From Serratia phage 4S, in sequence record MW082584.1: a stretch of DNA of 24,000 nt, one strand, 5' to 3'. A program made the translations under genes and the position numbers. The notes beneath the pieces are model-generated. The model had not been told where the DNA came from and made no database searches. It was given only the letters and a program-made list of their open reading frames with translations. This document shows positions 14,230-21,624 of this stretch, one piece after another; the stretch's first letter is position 1, and each line of letters opens with the position of its first letter.

Positions 14230-16292
14230 AATTACATACTGATGATGAAATTACTATTGGCTCTAATAATGGCAACAAATCTAAATTCCGTATTGCAGAA
14301 TCTGCAAAGGCGTTTAAGATTCTGAGTTCTAACTTGTATAAGCACAAGATCCGTGCTGTTATTCGTGAGTTGGCGTGTAACGCATGTGATGCTCATATTC
14401 TGGCCGGCCATAAAGACAATTTTGAAATTGTTCTGCCTACTACTTTGGATCCACGATTCATTGTTCGTGACTTTGGCCCTGGGCTGAGCCATGAAGATGT
14501 AATGAACCTTTATACGACTTATTTCGCAAGTACTAAAGCAAACTCTAACGACTTTATCGGTGCATTAGGCCTTGGTTCTAAGAGTCCGTTCAGCTACACC
14601 GAGACATTTAGTATTGTGTCTACTCATGGTGGTCAGTCTCGTGGTTATGTAGCGTTCCTGGATAATGGCGAACCAAATATCCAAGAGACCTTTTGTGAAG
14701 ACTCTGGTGAAACTCCTAATGGCGTTGAAATCATTGTCCCAGCTAAAGAATCAGACTTGAACAAGTTCCAAGATGAAGCTAAGTATCTGTTCCGTGCATT
14801 CGTAGATATTAAGCCGACTATTAAGAACCTGCGTGGTGAAATTAATCTGTTCCCTTCTGATGAAACATTCTCTGGGTCCTATGGTTATGAAAGCTACGGG
14901 TTCTATGCCATCATGGGTAATATCGTTTATCCTATTCAAGATGAAGTGGCTAAAAACTCGTATCTGCGTGCACAAGGTGGTTGTCATTATTTCCGGTTCC
15001 CATTAGGTGAACTGGATATCACTCCAAGTCGTGAAGAACTCTCGCTGGATGAAACCACGATCGAGAATATTGAAAAACGTGTCACTAAGAATGACATGAT
15101 CGCCGCTGAAGCTATGATTGCTAAGTTGCAGGCAATTACTAACCCGAGATCTTTGGTTCTTGAATATTTGAACTACAACAGTTCAGTAAGAGCATGGATT
15201 AAAAATAACGTACAACATCCAGTGGTTCAAGAGTACGATGGTTGGGCCGCTATGTCTAACACTTTCGATACTGCATGTATCGAAATCAAACAACCGTATT
15301 ATTATCTGTGCAATGAACCTAAAATGCAGAAAGCTCGGCGTGATACATATTATGGTTCAAGCACTAGCCCTAAAGGCCTGACAGGTATTCGCAATAAGAC
15401 AATCAAGGTTATTATTGACGATAAGCCAAGCAAACGCGTCCAGTTGGTTCGTGGTCTGTTTGCTAAAGGACATACTGGTAATGTGTTCGTCGTTGATGAG
15501 TCTGATGATGGTAAGAAAACTCTGGCCAACATGCGTAAACTTTATCCGGGCGATCTGTGTGAAGTGTTCCGTACATCAGAATGCGAAGACATTATTAAGG
15601 CTGCTCCACCTCCGGTTAAGAAAAAGCCTGATGAAGAGCGTCCTAAATATAGTAACGTTCAAGCTCTGCGCTTCATTAAAGGGACTTGGGAAGAAGAAGA
15701 TTTATTCCTGAGTGCTCGTGAAGTTCGTGAACTCAAGGGCTACGCTATTGGTCGTTCTCGTGATGACTTCGGTAATATGGGCGTAACATTGACTTCTACC
15801 CGTTGGGACCTTCAAGAAGTCGCGTTGAAACTAGGCGTTAAGAAGCTGTTCGTAATGCGTCCACCTTCTATGAAATACGCAGTTGATTCTAAGCTGGTCG
15901 ATTTGTACACTAAGATCAAATCACGCTATATCGAGCTAATTGATACAGTAGAGCCAGAGCAATACGGCTTTAGTAGTTCAAATGTTTTCTTGAACCGAGC
16001 ACAATCGAACGGTATTAAAGAAATCGAAAATGTTCTGTCTGGTGGTAAGGTTACTGAAGAATATCGTTTGCTTAAACGAATCAGAGACCTGTTCTGGCGC
16101 TCAGGTAATGACACTGATATTCAAACTTGTAGTCGTATCTTTAATACACTTCAGGAACAATCGAACTTGAAAGTTGAAGAGCGTGTTGAAGAGTTTAAAA
16201 AGAAACACCCAACTGTGTATTACTATATGTGTTCAAGTTACTCACTGCCTAATAATGTGATTGAAGACATCAAGAACATTATCTCTCACTAA
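14226..16292 (+). CDS. rIIA: rIIA lysis-inhibition/exclusion protein (GHKL ATPase-like), TTG start
   Basis: ITIGSNNGNKSKFRIAESAKAFKILSSNLYKHKIRAVIRELACNACDAHI, LDPRFIVRDFGPGLSHEDVMNLYTTYFASTKANSNDFIGALGLGSKSPFSYTETFSI, FRFPLGELDITPSREELSLD. TTG at 14226 with GAGG upstream and TTGA overlap. Confidence 0.95.
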   Translation: MKLHTDDEITIGSNNGNKSKFRIAESAKAFKILSSNLYKHKIRAVIRELACNACDAHILAGHKDNFEIVLPTTLDPRFIVRDFGPGLSHEDVMNLYTTYFASTKANSNDFIGALGLGSKSPFSYTETFSIVSTHGGQSRGYVAFLDNGEPNIQETFCEDSGETPNGVEIIVPAKESDLNKFQDEAKYLFRAFVDIKPTIKNLRGEINLFPSDETFSGSYGYESYGFYAIMGNIVYPIQDEVAKNSYLRAQGGCHYFRFPLGELDITPSREELSLDETTIENIEKRVTKNDMIAAEAMIAKLQAITNPRSLVLEYLNYNSSVRAWIKNNVQHPVVQEYDGWAAMSNTFDTACIEIKQPYYYLCNEPKMQKARRDTYYGSSTSPKGLTGIRNKTIKVIIDDKPSKRVQLVRGLFAKGHTGNVFVVDESDDGKKTLANMRKLYPGDLCEVFRTSECEDIIKAAPPPVKKKPDEERPKYSNVQALRFIKGTWEEEDLFLSAREVRELKGYAIGRSRDDFGNMGVTLTSTRWDLQEVALKLGVKKLFVMRPPSMKYAVDSKLVDLYTKIKSRYIELIDTVEPEQYGFSSSNVFLNRAQSNGIKEIENVLSGGKVTEEYRLLKRIRDLFWRSGNDTDIQTCSRIFNTLQEQSNLKVEERVEEFKKKHPTVYYYMCSSYSLPNNVIEDIKNIISH

Positions 16293-16317
16293 TGCTTTAC
16301 AAGGGACATGATAATAT
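16293..16317 (+). promoter_or_regulatory. MotA-dependent middle promoter for rIIB (TGCTTTA-N12-TAATAT)
   Basis: TGCTTTA 16293-16299, 12-nt spacer, TAATAT 16312-16317; starts at the rIIA stop and precedes rIIB at 16353. Confidence 0.8.
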
Positions 16318-16324
16318 GTCCCTT
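16301..16324 (+). repeat. Perfect inverted repeat AAGGGACAT-GATAAT-ATGTCCCTT spanning the rIIB promoter -10
   Basis: 9-bp perfect arms 16301-16309 and 16316-16324, 6-nt loop carrying most of the -10 element. Confidence 0.9.
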
Positions 16325-16352
16325 AATTGAAACCAACTAAAAAGGTAATATA

Positions 16353-17618
16353 ATGGCTGTTAATATTCTCGGTAAACACGCAAAAGACACTATCGTTGAA
16401 CTGTATCACGGTGGTGCTTCTAAAGCTCATCTGGCTCGCTTGTATAAAGTGTCTTCTGACACCATTACGCGTGTCTTAAAAGAACAGCATGATGCAGCTC
16501 AAGTTGCAAAAGCTCAAGTCGAAGACATCGAACCAACTGTTCTGCGTTTCGTTGGTACTACCTTTATCGAAGGTGACTTAGTCGCTAAGAAAATCGTTGT
16601 TGACTCTAAAGACACTTCACTAGGTGTAGTATATGTTCTTGGCGATGTAATGGATACCAATGACGGCGGTTATAGTGATCTGACTGAAGATGACTGTGAC
16701 GATGAAGACGTGTTCAGTGATATCCCAGTTTATTGTCGTGAACTTAAGGTTGTTAATCCTAATTATGCATATGATGAAATCACTTATGCTAACGACGAAG
16801 ACGAATTCGAAGAAATCAGTGGTTCTGAATACTATCGCGCAGAAGAAGAAAACAAAACCAAAGTTGTAGCATTTGCACCGGTAGAAACTCCAGTTGTACC
16901 TAAAGAGAAGTTCATCTGGAACGCGAACTCTAAGTTCATTTCTATCACTGTTGGTCGTGATACTTTTAACGCTGACCGTGATCACCCGAACTTCCAACTG
17001 GCTCTTCAGGCTCTGGTAGAAGACAAAGTTGAAGAAGCTCTGGAATACATCAACATCGAACGTAAGATTGTTAAGTTTGTTAAAGGCAACGTACGTATCG
17101 AAGATGGTGCTCTGTATTACAAAGACCTGTTCATTGATTCTGGTCTGACTAAGCGTATCTTGGATGCTGCTAATGCCGGTGAAGATTTCAGTAAGCTGCT
17201 GACTTTCCTGGAAGCACTGATGCTGAACCCAAGCCGTACTGCAGTTTATCGTCTGTATGACTTCCTGAATGCTAACGATATCGAGATCACTGATCGTGGT
17301 ACGTTCCTGGCATGGAAGAAAGTTCGTGCTGATTATCGTGATATTCACTCTGGTACCTTCGACAACAGTCCTGGTAAAACTTGTGAAATGCCACGTAACA
17401 TGGTTGATGAAGACGACGAACGTACTTGTTCTGCAGGTCTGCATGTTTGCTCTAAATCTTACCTGAACCACTTCGGTAGTTCTCATAATAATCGTGTTGT
17501 ACAGGTTGAAGTGCATCCGGCTGATGTGGTAAGTATCCCAGTTGACTATGGTAATGCTAAAATGCGTTGTGCTAAGTACACTGTACTGAAAGATGTTACT
17601 GGTGAACTGAGCTATTAA
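16353..17618 (+). CDS. rIIB: rIIB lysis-inhibition/exclusion protein (421 aa)
   Basis: N-terminal HTH-like IVELYHGGASKAHLARLYKVSSDTITRVLKE; C-terminal NDIEITDRGTFLAWKKVRADYRDIHSGTFDNSPGKTCEMPR...CSAGLHVCSKSYLNHFGSS...VEVHPADVVSIPVDYGNAKMRCAKYTVLKDVT. Confidence 0.95.
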   Translation: MAVNILGKHAKDTIVELYHGGASKAHLARLYKVSSDTITRVLKEQHDAAQVAKAQVEDIEPTVLRFVGTTFIEGDLVAKKIVVDSKDTSLGVVYVLGDVMDTNDGGYSDLTEDDCDDEDVFSDIPVYCRELKVVNPNYAYDEITYANDEDEFEEISGSEYYRAEEENKTKVVAFAPVETPVVPKEKFIWNANSKFISITVGRDTFNADRDHPNFQLALQALVEDKVEEALEYINIERKIVKFVKGNVRIEDGALYYKDLFIDSGLTKRILDAANAGEDFSKLLTFLEALMLNPSRTAVYRLYDFLNANDIEITDRGTFLAWKKVRADYRDIHSGTFDNSPGKTCEMPRNMVDEDDERTCSAGLHVCSKSYLNHFGSSHNNRVVQVEVHPADVVSIPVDYGNAKMRCAKYTVLKDVTGELSY

Positions 17619-17624
17619 TTTAAT

Positions 17625-17645
17625 AAAGGGCCTTCGGGCCCTTTT
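17625..17645 (+). terminator. Rho-independent terminator AAAGGGCC-TTCG-GGCCCTTTT
   Basis: 8-bp stem, UUCG loop, T4 tail directly after the rIIB stop. Confidence 0.85.
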
Positions 17646-17654
17646 GAGGTAATT

Positions 17655-17915
17655 ATGATCAAAGAATTTAATGTGTCTGATTCAAAAGAAGTTCGTTTGT
17701 ACGGTGAACACTATGCAGGCAAAGTATACGCTAAAGACTTCGTTATCCACGAAGATGATATCGAATTTGGTATCTTAGAGTGCGATGATGTTATTACTGG
17801 CCCAGCTCCTGCTCTAGAAACTTTAGATTACAATGATCGTGTGTATGCGGGTGTAGTTCATATCCGTGCCATTAAAATTCGAGGTCAAGATGAATGCACT
17901 GAAACTGATGTTTGA
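17655..17915 (+). CDS. Hypothetical protein (86 aa)
   Basis: GAGGTAATT-ATG; MIKEFNVSDSKEVRLYGEHYAGKVYAKDFVIHEDDIEFGILECDDVI. Confidence 0.8.
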   Translation: MIKEFNVSDSKEVRLYGEHYAGKVYAKDFVIHEDDIEFGILECDDVITGPAPALETLDYNDRVYAGVVHIRAIKIRGQDECTETDV

Positions 17916-18174
17916 TTTTGCCTTTAAACGTTCTTCTCCAGAGATCATCAATGATTTAGATGAGCTAAGCGAAGCCGCTAGAACTGCTTTGGAAGATAAA
18001 CGATATTTCAGTACTATTTTGATTTGGTTTATTCAAATCATGATGAGTATTGTCATATACACTGTAGCAGGATTCGAATATGTACTTGGGTTCACTATTA
18101 TGTGCATCCGTGGTATTATTCTATTTGCTGTAGCATGTATTGCTGAAGTTCTGTCACTTGGCATTAGAAAATGA
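17890..18174 (+). CDS. Predicted membrane protein (94 aa)
   Basis: MNALKLMFDFAFKRSSPEIINDLDELSEAARTALEDKRYFSTILIWFIQIMMSIVIYTVAGFEYVLGFTIMCIRGIILFAVACIAEVLSLGIRK; hydrophobic C-terminal half with about two TM segments. Confidence 0.75.
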   Translation: MNALKLMFDFAFKRSSPEIINDLDELSEAARTALEDKRYFSTILIWFIQIMMSIVIYTVAGFEYVLGFTIMCIRGIILFAVACIAEVLSLGIRK

Positions 18175-18392
18175 CAGATGAAATCAAAAGGGCCTTTGCG
18201 CCCTTTCATGGTAAAGTAAATTTCTGTGAGTTCGTCGTGGAGTACTTCAAAGAGCCATCACGAGAGCCCCTCAGGGTTTACCAGGAGGTTCTAGCCAAGA
18301 TGGATATAGAACCAATGTACAGTCTTGAATATTGTTTCCTATGGAGCCTACGCGAATGCTTAGTAGAGATTTTGACAACCTCACATACTTGA
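18171..18392 (+). CDS. Hypothetical protein (73 aa), start uncertain
   Basis: ATGA overlap; MTDEIKRAFAPFHGKVNFCEFVVEYFKEPSREPLRVYQEVLAKMDIEPMYSLEYCFLWSLRECLVEILTTSHT. A hairpin lies in its first codons. Confidence 0.5.
   Translation: MTDEIKRAFAPFHGKVNFCEFVVEYFKEPSREPLRVYQEVLAKMDIEPMYSLEYCFLWSLRECLVEILTTSHT
18187..18206 (+). terminator. Hairpin AAAGGGC-N6-GCCCTTT, possible weak terminator
   Basis: 7-bp perfect inverted repeat just after the stop of the membrane-protein gene, inside the 18171 ORF. Confidence 0.4.
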
Positions 18393-19057
18393 AAACTGGT
18401 AATTATCCAGGATTAATGATGCCAAAATCATCGTTAATTGATTCAAAAATCTTCCAAAGCAAAGTCAAAGACACAGTTAAGCATTCTATGTTAATGGACG
18501 GCTGCACTGAAGAGTTGGCAATTTTAAGAGCCGAGCCTTCATTAGCTTGCGAATATAGATTAGCTGGGGTCTTAGGTGATATGTACTGGCTTACTCGTGA
18601 TGCTTCAGAAGGTGCTCATAACTATAGTTTTGACGTATTGAATCCTAAGAATGGTGTTCGTATTGAAGTGAAGGTAGTGAGTTCTAAGGCAGCGGATCGA
18701 CAAATTTCTATCTGGGATAACTCTAGTACGCCAACTCGCCCACAGTACAAAGAGCCACGCCGTAACGTAGGCGTCGTACGTGTAGGTACATTCTTAAAAC
18801 CAGAATCCAGAGCTGAAGTAATTATTATTTTTGACAATGAATCAACAGAAACTCTTTGGTGCTTTAAGCCTCGTTGTGTCATAACCAAGAAAGGACTACT
18901 GAATGGCTTAGGTGACATCAGAGAAGGAATCCCAGGGATCTTAGCCAAAGGTGATGGTGTGTATCTTTCTGGTGACCCTAAAGAGTCTCAGACACTAGTC
19001 CCTAAAGGCTTCTCTGAAGATATTTTCTATCACGGAAAAGAAATGGTTTACTATTGA
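18356..19057 (+). CDS. Uncharacterised protein with PD-(D/E)XK-nuclease-like signature (233 aa)
   Basis: GGAG upstream of ATG 18356; EYRLAGVLGDMYWL...YSFDVLNPKNGVRIEVKVVSSKAADRQISIW with D-X10-E-V-K spacing. Confidence 0.7.
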   Translation: MLSRDFDNLTYLKTGNYPGLMMPKSSLIDSKIFQSKVKDTVKHSMLMDGCTEELAILRAEPSLACEYRLAGVLGDMYWLTRDASEGAHNYSFDVLNPKNGVRIEVKVVSSKAADRQISIWDNSSTPTRPQYKEPRRNVGVVRVGTFLKPESRAEVIIIFDNESTETLWCFKPRCVITKKGLLNGLGDIREGIPGILAKGDGVYLSGDPKESQTLVPKGFSEDIFYHGKEMVYY

Positions 19058-19075
19058 GATTCACTGTGTTAAGAT
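19047..19075 (+). promoter_or_regulatory. Weaker promoter of the same family, TTTACT-N17-TAAGAT
   Basis: TTTACT 19047-19052, 17-nt spacer, TAAGAT 19070-19075; overlaps the preceding CDS end and precedes the 19105 gene. Confidence 0.5.
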
Positions 19076-19104
19076 ACTCCTACACTTACTGAAAGAGTTC
19101 AAAA

Positions 19105-19569
19105 ATGAATATCAAGCAATGCATCATTAAAGTTACAATGGCAGATGGCGCTGTTACAAGTGGTTTCTTTACTCTGGATATAGATGATAAAGATACTATG
19201 GCTTGGACTGCTGATTCCATTAAAGATGTTAATAAAGCAGTCTTGGTGCAAGTCTTCTTACTTAATGAGCTGTTGTATTCTATTGGCTCTGTGACGCCAA
19301 GCATCTTTGCTATTCGCCAGAAATCAACTGGTAAGTTGGTTCACTTTGACTATCAGGCAAATGAAGATGACTGCGATGGTGTTTCAGTTTCTTTCGAACT
19401 GAACTCTTTTGGCGATGGATTCTTTACCAAAGGTACTCGTGAAGAGTTAGAACGTGTGCTTAAAGAAGCTAAAACCGTTCAGTGGTATAATGCTGACCTG
19501 ACAACCCCTATGATTTCTCGTGGTCTGGATATTGATGACCTGGAAATCGTTGAATTCACTATGAAATGA
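19105..19569 (+). CDS. Hypothetical protein (154 aa)
   Basis: MNIKQCIIKVTMADGAVTSGFFTLDIDDKDTMAWTADSIKDVNKAVLVQVFLLNELLYSIG. Confidence 0.8.
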   Translation: MNIKQCIIKVTMADGAVTSGFFTLDIDDKDTMAWTADSIKDVNKAVLVQVFLLNELLYSIGSVTPSIFAIRQKSTGKLVHFDYQANEDDCDGVSVSFELNSFGDGFFTKGTREELERVLKEAKTVQWYNADLTTPMISRGLDIDDLEIVEFTMK

Positions 19570-19579
19570 GGAAATTGTA

Positions 19580-20047
19580 ATGACCAATACTAAGACCCAT
19601 CTGTACATCCAAGACATCAAAGCCGCCGACGGTTACCTGGTAGGTTATTTGCGTTATCGTTCATGGGATGCAGAGCCTATGCAGTTTATTGATCGTAGTA
19701 ATAGCGCACCAGGATTCTACTTCTTCGTAACTGAAGGTATGGTACAAGGTTTCACTTATATTGGTGATACTCGTACTAAAACAGGCCTGCGTCGTTACAT
19801 GAACAATGTGATCAATTGCACAACTGGTCCTGCTACTCGGCTGCACAAACTGGCTAAAGTCAGTTCAACTGATCTGGATGTTTATTATGTCCAAATGGCC
19901 GACATGAAATATATCCTAGACAAAGAATACGGTCGTCTGCGTCAAGCTTTCAATAGCACCCATAAGTCTGATTATCAGTCTATGGAAGAAGTTAAGCAGC
20001 TTCTGCACGACAAATTTGTTTTCCAGGCTCAGCAGACTCGTCAGTAA
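19580..20047 (+). CDS. Hypothetical protein (155 aa), weak GIY-YIG-like pattern
   Basis: APGFYFFVTEGMVQGFTYIGDTRTKTGLRRYMNNV...DKEYGRLRQAFNSTHKSDYQ; motif resemblance only. Confidence 0.75.
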   Translation: MTNTKTHLYIQDIKAADGYLVGYLRYRSWDAEPMQFIDRSNSAPGFYFFVTEGMVQGFTYIGDTRTKTGLRRYMNNVINCTTGPATRLHKLAKVSSTDLDVYYVQMADMKYILDKEYGRLRQAFNSTHKSDYQSMEEVKQLLHDKFVFQAQQTRQ

Positions 20048-20056
20048 GGGTTAATT

Positions 20057-20257
20057 ATGAAATACGTCTACCTTGTTTTAGGCTTTCCAATGTGGGTGTT
20101 AGTATTATTATTCCACTACACAGGACAAAACGTTGTTCCATTTGGTTTGTACATTTCTGCCTGGGTAGGCGTATTGATTGGTTGTGATATAATTAGAAAT
20201 ATTTACAAGCGGAGAAAACATGCAGCTGAACGACAGAAGTTTGGAAAGCATTTATAA
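20057..20257 (+). CDS. Small predicted membrane protein (66 aa)
   Basis: MKYVYLVLGFPMWVLVLLFHYTGQNVVPFGLYISAWVGVLIGCDIIRNIYKRRKHAAERQKFGKHL; about two TM helices and a basic tail. Confidence 0.75.
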   Translation: MKYVYLVLGFPMWVLVLLFHYTGQNVVPFGLYISAWVGVLIGCDIIRNIYKRRKHAAERQKFGKHL

Positions 20258-21533
20258 AAATGAAGCATTAGCATATGCTATGTACACTGTTGAGAACCGT
20301 GCGATCCCAAATATGATCGACGGTCTTAAACCTGTACAACGATTCGTTATGTATCGTGCATTGCTAGCTGCTCGTGGTGATAAATCAAAATTCCATAAAG
20401 TGGCAAGTATCGCTGGTGGCGTATCTGATGCCGGTTATCACCATGGTGAAGGTTCAGCTCAAAGTGCATGTGCTTTGATGGCTAACACCTGGAATAACAA
20501 TACACCACTTTTGGATGGCGAAGGTAACTTTGGTTCTCGTCTGATTCAAGAAGGTGCAGCAGCACGTTATGTATTTGCTCGTGTATCTCAGAACTGGTGG
20601 AACATTTACAAAGATACTGAATATGCCCCAAAACATGAAGACGAAGAACATAAGCCACCGGCTTATTATCTGCCTTTAGTCCCAACTGTTTTGTCAAATG
20701 GCGTTTCTGGTATTGCTACTGGTTATGCTACAAGCATTCTGCCGCATAGTTTGGCTAGTATTACTAAGGCAACTATCCAGGCGATTCAAGGTAAAAAGAT
20801 CTCTGAGCCTATTGTTCAATTTCCTGCTTGGCATGGACAAATCATCGAAAATGATGAAGGCCAATTTGCTTGTGGTACATTTGAACGCCAAGGTAAAACC
20901 AAATTGCGAATCACTGAGATTCCGCCTAAGTTTGATCGCATAAAGTACATCAAAGTCTTAGATGCACTTGTGGATAAAGGCTGGATCACTTACGAAGATG
21001 ATTCTGGTAAAAACCGGTTCTTCTTTGATGTAACTCTTCGTAAAGAGTTCACACAACGTGATGACGATGAAGTGATTATGAAAGAGTTCAAGCTCCGTCA
21101 GAAAATTTCTCAAAACATCGTTGTGATTAATGGTCATGGCAAACTGGTTGAATACGAAAAAGCGTCTGATCTGATCAAAGATTTTGTTGAGTTCCGTATG
21201 CCTTATGTACAAGCTCGTATTGATAACAAACTCGAAGAAACTAAACAGGCTTATCTGTTGGCAACAGCGAAAGCTAGATTCATCGCTCGAGTTCTTAAAA
21301 ATGAAATCGTTATCAGTGGTCGTAAGAAAGCTGAAGTAATAGCTGACATCGAGTCTTATGATGAGCTCAAAGAGTTTTCTGACAAATTGATCTCTATGAA
21401 CCTGTACCACATCACTGCAGAAGAAGCTCGTAAACTTGTTGAAGACGCGAAAGCTTCACGTGAACAACATGAATACTGGCTGAATACTACAGCTGAAATC
21501 GAATACACTAATGATTTAAAAGCAATAAAATAA
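20220..21533 (+). CDS. 52: Type II DNA topoisomerase medium subunit, T4 gp52 family
   Basis: SLESIYKNEALAYAMYTVENRAIPNMIDGLKPVQRFVMYRAL...KVASIAGGVSDAGYHHGEGSAQSACALMANTWNNNTPLLDGEGNFGSRLIQEGAAARYVFARVS, the GyrA/ParC-like cleavage domain. Confidence 0.96.
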   Translation: MQLNDRSLESIYKNEALAYAMYTVENRAIPNMIDGLKPVQRFVMYRALLAARGDKSKFHKVASIAGGVSDAGYHHGEGSAQSACALMANTWNNNTPLLDGEGNFGSRLIQEGAAARYVFARVSQNWWNIYKDTEYAPKHEDEEHKPPAYYLPLVPTVLSNGVSGIATGYATSILPHSLASITKATIQAIQGKKISEPIVQFPAWHGQIIENDEGQFACGTFERQGKTKLRITEIPPKFDRIKYIKVLDALVDKGWITYEDDSGKNRFFFDVTLRKEFTQRDDDEVIMKEFKLRQKISQNIVVINGHGKLVEYEKASDLIKDFVEFRMPYVQARIDNKLEETKQAYLLATAKARFIARVLKNEIVISGRKKAEVIADIESYDELKEFSDKLISMNLYHITAEEARKLVEDAKASREQHEYWLNTTAEIEYTNDLKAIK

Positions 21534-21555
21534 AAAGGAGCCTTCGGGCTCCTTT
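21534..21555 (+). terminator. Intrinsic-terminator-like hairpin AAAGGAGCC-TTCG-GGCTCCTTT
   Basis: 9-bp perfect stem with UUCG loop directly after the gene 52 stop. Confidence 0.75.
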
Positions 21556-21560
21556 CGGGG

Positions 21561-21589
21561 TTTACAATGCTCTAAGGCCGTGTTACTAT
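21561..21589 (+). promoter_or_regulatory. Sigma70/early-type promoter TTTACA-N17-TACTAT
   Basis: TTTACA 21561-21566, TACTAT 21584-21589, TGt extended -10. Confidence 0.8.
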
Positions 21590-21624
21590 ACTCCTATCAG
21601 CTAAATAGCTTAATGGAGAATAAA

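Noticed and set aside
16620-17516. 298-aa ORF on the minus strand opposite rIIB
   Set aside because: It lies fully inside the well-supported rIIB coding sequence; composition is a mirror artefact with no recognisable domain or ribosome-binding site.
18860-18885. TGCTTTA followed by TCATAA near the end of the PD-(D/E)XK-like gene
   Set aside because: The -10 match is poor and no gene start is appropriately placed; kept below reporting threshold.
20958-21410. 150-aa minus-strand ORF opposite gene 52
   Set aside because: Fully contained in gene 52; Phe/Asn/Ser-rich shadow translation typical of antisense to a conserved gene.
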